From: a virus
Taxonomy: Duplodnaviria > Caudoviricetes
Strand: one strand, 5' to 3'
Virus record (IMG/VR): IMGVR_UViG_3300006879_000018
Span: 1-27,627 of that record
DNA: 27,627 nt
Below the pieces are notes generated by a model. That model made no database searches, was not told the DNA's origin, and saw only the letters and a list, made by a program, of their open reading frames with translations. Positions within the stretch are counted from its first letter, which is position 1. Each line of letters opens with the position of its first letter. The position numbers and the translations under genes were made by a program. Shown here piece after piece: positions 23,467 to 27,627 of the stretch.

Positions 23467-25776
23467 ATGAATAATTACGCTAATTCACGTTGGAAAGAAC
23501 GTGGATCATTTAGTAAAGACATTTTGCATTCATATCAAGATATAATTGATGCTATTCGTACGGCGCCTTATGGATTTGATACACGTGAAGCTATGGCTCA
23601 AATGTTGATGTTTCTATATAGTACAGTTCAATCAATTGGTGATAGTTTTAGTATTGATATGAGTCCAACTGATACATTTGAGAATGTGGCTAAATTAAAA
23701 GAAAAGTATCCTAATGGACAACAAGGTGTCTTTGTTGTCCAAGATACAGGCCATTGGTACTTTTGGTCGGAACTTGATGAAGTTTGGAAAGATGGTGGAA
23801 GCTATCAAGCAGAAGGGATTAGTCCAGCTTTAAAGGATATTAGAATTGCTAACAATTATCAAATATTTGATACTCCAGGAAATGCGGTCAGAATGCAGTT
23901 CCGAGAGATTTTAAATTTGTTGGTTTCTGAGAATACACCTAACATTTTTAACAAAGATACAATCTTAGTAGATAGAGATTTGGGGCCTTATGGGACACTC
24001 TATACTAGAACTGGATATTTTGTCTCAAATGGAATCATAGTTGATGACTATATTGGCAGAACGTTGTATTACTATAAAGCAGATAAGAGTGGTAATGTCG
24101 ACGGTAATGCTAAGTTATACACTATTTGTGCATATGATAATAATGACAAAATGATCGACAGAAAAACAGACTATTTAAACCAATATGTGATACCTAATGG
24201 AGCTAAATACATTCGTTTTTCTGCTGGTAATACTGATGTCGATAAGATGATGCTGAGTTGGAGCGAACAAACAAAGTTTAGTCCTTATCGATCATACTCA
24301 ACTTTAACTGATGATGTTACTAAATTTGTAAATATCAGAAGTGCGAGTGGTAATTATCTAACATATCCAGATAAAGCTTATAATTTAAACACACAAGCTT
24401 TACTCAACTATGATTTAGAAATTGGCACTATTTACAAGGGCGAAAATACTGATAGTGCGTTTAGAGCTAGATCACAAGGATATGTTAATCGTAACGGTGA
24501 ACCAATCAAATTTGTGTTAAATGACTGGTTAGGTTTAGGAATCAAGTTAATCATTGTTAGATACGATATGAATGGCAAGTACTTAACACAGTTTGACTTA
24601 TCACAAAATGGAGAACTTGATTGTTCATATATGACTGGTAAATATAAAGTTTATATCATTCGCATGAAGAACGACGCAGAAGATACTACACCTTTAACTT
24701 TAGATGTTGTTTCAAAATTAAGAAGTAGTATCTCAGTTGTGAATACTGATAGAATTTCAGAATTAAACACAAATGATTTATACCATGTTCCGTATTACTG
24801 GAAAGATTATTTAAATGATAAAATAGCCACAATCAAGGATAAGTTGAGAGATAAGAATAAGTTTGGTTTTATCTACATTGCTGACAGTCATTACAATAAT
24901 AATTACTGGAGAAGTCCAGCTTTGATCAAAAAAATAGCAGAAGATTGTGGTATTAACTGGATGATCTATCCAGGCGATTTAATCAATGAAAATGCTGATA
25001 AATCAGTCGTAATCGGTCGCATGAACAAAATTGTAAATGATTTAGGTAACACTGTATCACATTTCTTGCCAGTTGTTGGTAATCATGATGATAACTGGAA
25101 CGGTCAACATGGTATTTACAATGCGATTATCAACGATCAAGAAATGACTGGATATATCTTTGATAAATTAAAGGGAAATATCCATTACGGAGAAACTGGC
25201 AAGTATTACTACACAGATGATACTATCCATAAAGTTAGATATATCGGTGTAGATACTCATGATGGAGATTATCAAACTGACTCAAATGATGGCAATAAAG
25301 TTATTTACAAAAAATATAATGTTTCTGATACTCAACTAGAATTTATTGCTGACGCTTTACAATCTACTAATAGTGATTGGAATATTGTGTTATTTGGACA
25401 CGTTCCACAATTCAATCCTATGGGAACTACTGAAGGTGTAACATGGACTGGACAGGATAAATTCAATGCTATTTTGGAATCACTATATAGCAAGTCTACA
25501 TATAGTTTAGGTTCTAAACAGTTTGACTTTAATGATAGTGGTACTTTAGTTGGTGCGTTCTTTGGACATATCCATACTGATATGTTAAAGAAAGTTGGTA
25601 ATATCAACCATATAACGATTGAGTGTGATGCAAATATAAAGAATGATTACAATCATCAGAAAACATTTATGTCAACTACTGAACAGGTTCTAGATGTTGT
25701 TATTGTGGATAAACAGAGCAAACATGTAGAACTTATCAGAGTTGGCGCTGGGGGCAATAGAGAATATAATTATTAA
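23467..25776 (+). CDS. Tail fibre/RBP-like protein with C-terminal calcineurin-like metallophosphoesterase
   Basis: N-terminal AIR..YG.D.RE and LKEKYPNG..G...W.DGG.YQ tail-protein motifs; C-terminal DSH, GD, GNHD, GH, GHIH. Confidence 0.88.
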   Translation: MNNYANSRWKERGSFSKDILHSYQDIIDAIRTAPYGFDTREAMAQMLMFLYSTVQSIGDSFSIDMSPTDTFENVAKLKEKYPNGQQGVFVVQDTGHWYFWSELDEVWKDGGSYQAEGISPALKDIRIANNYQIFDTPGNAVRMQFREILNLLVSENTPNIFNKDTILVDRDLGPYGTLYTRTGYFVSNGIIVDDYIGRTLYYYKADKSGNVDGNAKLYTICAYDNNDKMIDRKTDYLNQYVIPNGAKYIRFSAGNTDVDKMMLSWSEQTKFSPYRSYSTLTDDVTKFVNIRSASGNYLTYPDKAYNLNTQALLNYDLEIGTIYKGENTDSAFRARSQGYVNRNGEPIKFVLNDWLGLGIKLIIVRYDMNGKYLTQFDLSQNGELDCSYMTGKYKVYIIRMKNDAEDTTPLTLDVVSKLRSSISVVNTDRISELNTNDLYHVPYYWKDYLNDKIATIKDKLRDKNKFGFIYIADSHYNNNYWRSPALIKKIAEDCGINWMIYPGDLINENADKSVVIGRMNKIVNDLGNTVSHFLPVVGNHDDNWNGQHGIYNAIINDQEMTGYIFDKLKGNIHYGETGKYYYTDDTIHKVRYIGVDTHDGDYQTDSNDGNKVIYKKYNVSDTQLEFIADALQSTNSDWNIVLFGHVPQFNPMGTTEGVTWTGQDKFNAILESLYSKSTYSLGSKQFDFNDSGTLVGAFFGHIHTDMLKKVGNINHITIECDANIKNDYNHQKTFMSTTEQVLDVVIVDKQSKHVELIRVGAGGNREYNY

Positions 25777-25815
25777 ATTTAAGCGGTGGGTGGGAGGAAA
25801 ATAGGAGATGGTTAT

Positions 25816-26142
25816 GTGCATACATTACTAGGATATTCATGGGCAGAGATAGCTTCAATTTTTGGGATAATATCAATTCTTTTTAGTGGAATTTATTGGT
25901 TAATAAATCATGGCAGTAAGGCTTTTAATAAGAACTTTAATAAGAACATTAATTCAGTATTAAAGCCTTTTTCTGAACAATTAAGAGCATTGATTATTAA
26001 CATTCAAAAGTTAAATGCTAGCTTTGACAAACAACAAGTAAATGTTGAACGTTTAGAAAAACGAATTGATGAACATGATAGAAGGCTAGACAGACATCAT
26101 GAGCGTATCAAGAGCCTATTTGAAAGAAAGGAAAATGAATAA
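25816..26142 (+). CDS. Lysis-module membrane protein (single TM + coiled coil)
   Basis: GTG 25816 with AGGAG RBS; LLGYSWAEIASIFGII TM; directly precedes the holin. Confidence 0.75.
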   Translation: MHTLLGYSWAEIASIFGIISILFSGIYWLINHGSKAFNKNFNKNINSVLKPFSEQLRALIINIQKLNASFDKQQVNVERLEKRIDEHDRRLDRHHERIKSLFERKENE

Positions 26143-26501
26143 TGAAAGTAGTCAATGATATTATTGAGTGGCTAGTACAGACTGGTTTATTATCTGTACT
26201 GGCTATTTTTTTACTCAAACAATTGAAACCTATCTTAGACAACAAAGCACAACATGCATCCACTGAACAATCACGAGCATTGTGGACTTTGCTAGAGCAA
26301 GTGGCAGATATGGCAGTTACTAGCCTTGTTAGTCAAGATAAGACAGGCAGAGAAAAGTTCGATGAAGCAAGTATGATTGTTAATGACGTCATGAAGAAAC
26401 AAGGCTATAAATTAGACTCTAAAACAATTCACACAGCAGTTCAATCTGCTTATGAGAAATCAGAATTAACACCAACAGTAAAAGTTGAGGAGGACAAATA
26501 A
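26142..26501 (+). CDS. Holin, LL-H family
   Basis: N-terminal TM, G.EKF..A, AVQSAYE. Confidence 0.85.
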   Translation: MKVVNDIIEWLVQTGLLSVLAIFLLKQLKPILDNKAQHASTEQSRALWTLLEQVADMAVTSLVSQDKTGREKFDEASMIVNDVMKKQGYKLDSKTIHTAVQSAYEKSELTPTVKVEEDK

Positions 26502-26502
26502 C

Positions 26503-27432
26503 ATGGTTATGTACACAGTAGACGTTTACTCAGGTTCTGAAGATTATATTATTCGTGATCCACACGCTCAAGGAGTAATTGTGAAGGCTACTCAAGGGAT
26601 AGGATACGTTAATCCTAAATGTAACCACCAATGGGACTTGGCGGGACAATTAGGTAAGAAACGTGGCTTGTATCACTATGCTGGTGGTGGTAATCCAGTA
26701 GCAGAAGCACAATATTTTATTAACAACATCAAGAACTATGTAGGGCAAGGTATGTTAGTGATTGACTGGGAAGGTTACCAAAATTCAGCATGGGGTAATT
26801 CTAACTGGGTACGTCAATTCGTAGATGAAGTACACCGTTTGACAGGAGTATGGTGTGTTATCTATGTTCAAGAATCAGCATTAGGACAAGTTGCTAACTG
26901 TGCAAAAGATTGTGCAGTTTGGGTTGCCAAGTATGCATCCATGAACTGGAACTCTTGGGCAGTACCTAATATGTCTGTATCTAGCGGTGCATTTGGCTCA
27001 ATTGCTGGTTGGCAATACACTGGTAGCGACATGGATCGTTCAATCTGGTATTTGGATGCAAATTCCTGGGATAAATTTGCTAAACCTGGAGCAAAGCCAC
27101 AAACTGAAACACCTAAACCAACTCCAGCACCTAGCCAAAACAGTGCTAAGTATGACTCATGGACTGATGAGCTAGGAGTGAAATGGTACAAGGAAGATGG
27201 TAAGTTCACAGTAACAGTTGATGAAGGTATCGTTTTACGTTGGGGAGCTACTACAAACTCAACTAAAATCGCAGTTCTACCTAAAGACTCAGTTGTTAAG
27301 TACGATGCTTTCTGCCATTCGGGTGGATATGTTTGGATTAGACAACCTAGAGGCAACGGTCAATACGGTTACTTACCTACTGGAGAAGATAGAAATGGTA
27401 CACGTTTGAATTATTGGGGTAAGTTTGAATAA
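26503..27432 (+). CDS. Endolysin: GH25 muramidase + SH3-type cell-wall binding domain
   Basis: VDVYS, VKATQG..YVNP, GLYHYA, DWE, WQYT; Pro-rich linker; YD.F...GGYVWIRQPR. Confidence 0.95.
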   Translation: MVMYTVDVYSGSEDYIIRDPHAQGVIVKATQGIGYVNPKCNHQWDLAGQLGKKRGLYHYAGGGNPVAEAQYFINNIKNYVGQGMLVIDWEGYQNSAWGNSNWVRQFVDEVHRLTGVWCVIYVQESALGQVANCAKDCAVWVAKYASMNWNSWAVPNMSVSSGAFGSIAGWQYTGSDMDRSIWYLDANSWDKFAKPGAKPQTETPKPTPAPSQNSAKYDSWTDELGVKWYKEDGKFTVTVDEGIVLRWGATTNSTKIAVLPKDSVVKYDAFCHSGGYVWIRQPRGNGQYGYLPTGEDRNGTRLNYWGKFE

Positions 27433-27458
27433 AATTTTTTATTTTTCTTAGAAAACAT

Positions 27459-27512
27459 AAGACACCTTGTTTCTACCTAATTATATAAGTAGAGGCAAGG
27501 TGTCTTTTTTTT
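27459..27512 (+). terminator. Terminator of the late/lysis transcript
   Basis: aagacaccttgtttctac...gtagaggcaaggtgtctt followed by a T run. Confidence 0.85.
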
Positions 27513-27537
27513 GCTAACATTCTTCTTAAACTTTCTT

Positions 27538-27627
27538 AGTATGCAAAAAGTATGCACTTTTTAAGTGCTTATTTAATAAATCCTTGATATATAAATGTTT
27601 GTGTTGAAATATCATAATTTCATCAGG
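27538..27627. other. Probable att-proximal region with integrase arm-type repeats
   Basis: Direct repeat agtatgca at 27538-27545 and 27549-27556 after the lysis terminator; core not identifiable without the other end. Confidence 0.4.

Larger units (their letters stand above)
1..27627 (+). mobile_element. Partial temperate siphovirus prophage (late regulation, packaging, head, tail, lysis modules)
   Basis: Colinear ArpU-HNH-terS-terL-portal-protease-capsid-neck-tail-TMP-Dit-Tal-RBP-holin-endolysin gene order; the left part (integrase, replication) lies outside the window. Confidence 0.97.

Noticed and set aside
4445-27356. All minus-strand ORFs in the supplied track
   Set aside because: Antisense shadows of conserved + strand genes, with no motifs or evident RBS

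Overview
Right-hand ~27.6 kb of a temperate, HK97-like, probably cos-type siphovirus prophage in a low-GC Firmicute. A lactobacillus host is inferred from the LL-H-type holin, GH25/SH3 endolysin and ArpU regulator but is not proven. All supported genes are on the + strand. Order: 3' end of a C-terminally truncated type III R-M Mod-like methyltransferase, two hypotheticals, an ArpU-family late regulator, then 1.2 kb of structured non-coding DNA. Next is a self-contained accessory cassette (2989-5257) with its own promoters, palindromic operators and terminators. Then come HNH, the cos region, terminase, portal, protease, capsid, neck, tail, tape measure, Dit, Tal (M23 + lytic transglycosylase), two enzyme-bearing receptor-binding-like proteins (a frameshifted SGNH esterase and a metallophosphoesterase), the lysis genes and probable att-proximal DNA. 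Best leads: (1) a candidate anti-defence operon next to cos encoding a SAM-lyase-like (PII-fold) protein and a RadC-type JAB protein, bracketed by two paralogous small putative regulators; (2) two convergent -35-less promoters sharing an 11-bp box at identical spacing that appear to drive two small RNAs, one carrying anti-Shine-Dalgarno motifs; (3) an SGNH tail gene flanked by perfect 17-bp inverted repeats and preceded by a poly-G leader ORF and an SD-sequestering hairpin. All functional calls come from motif reading by eye; no searches were run.
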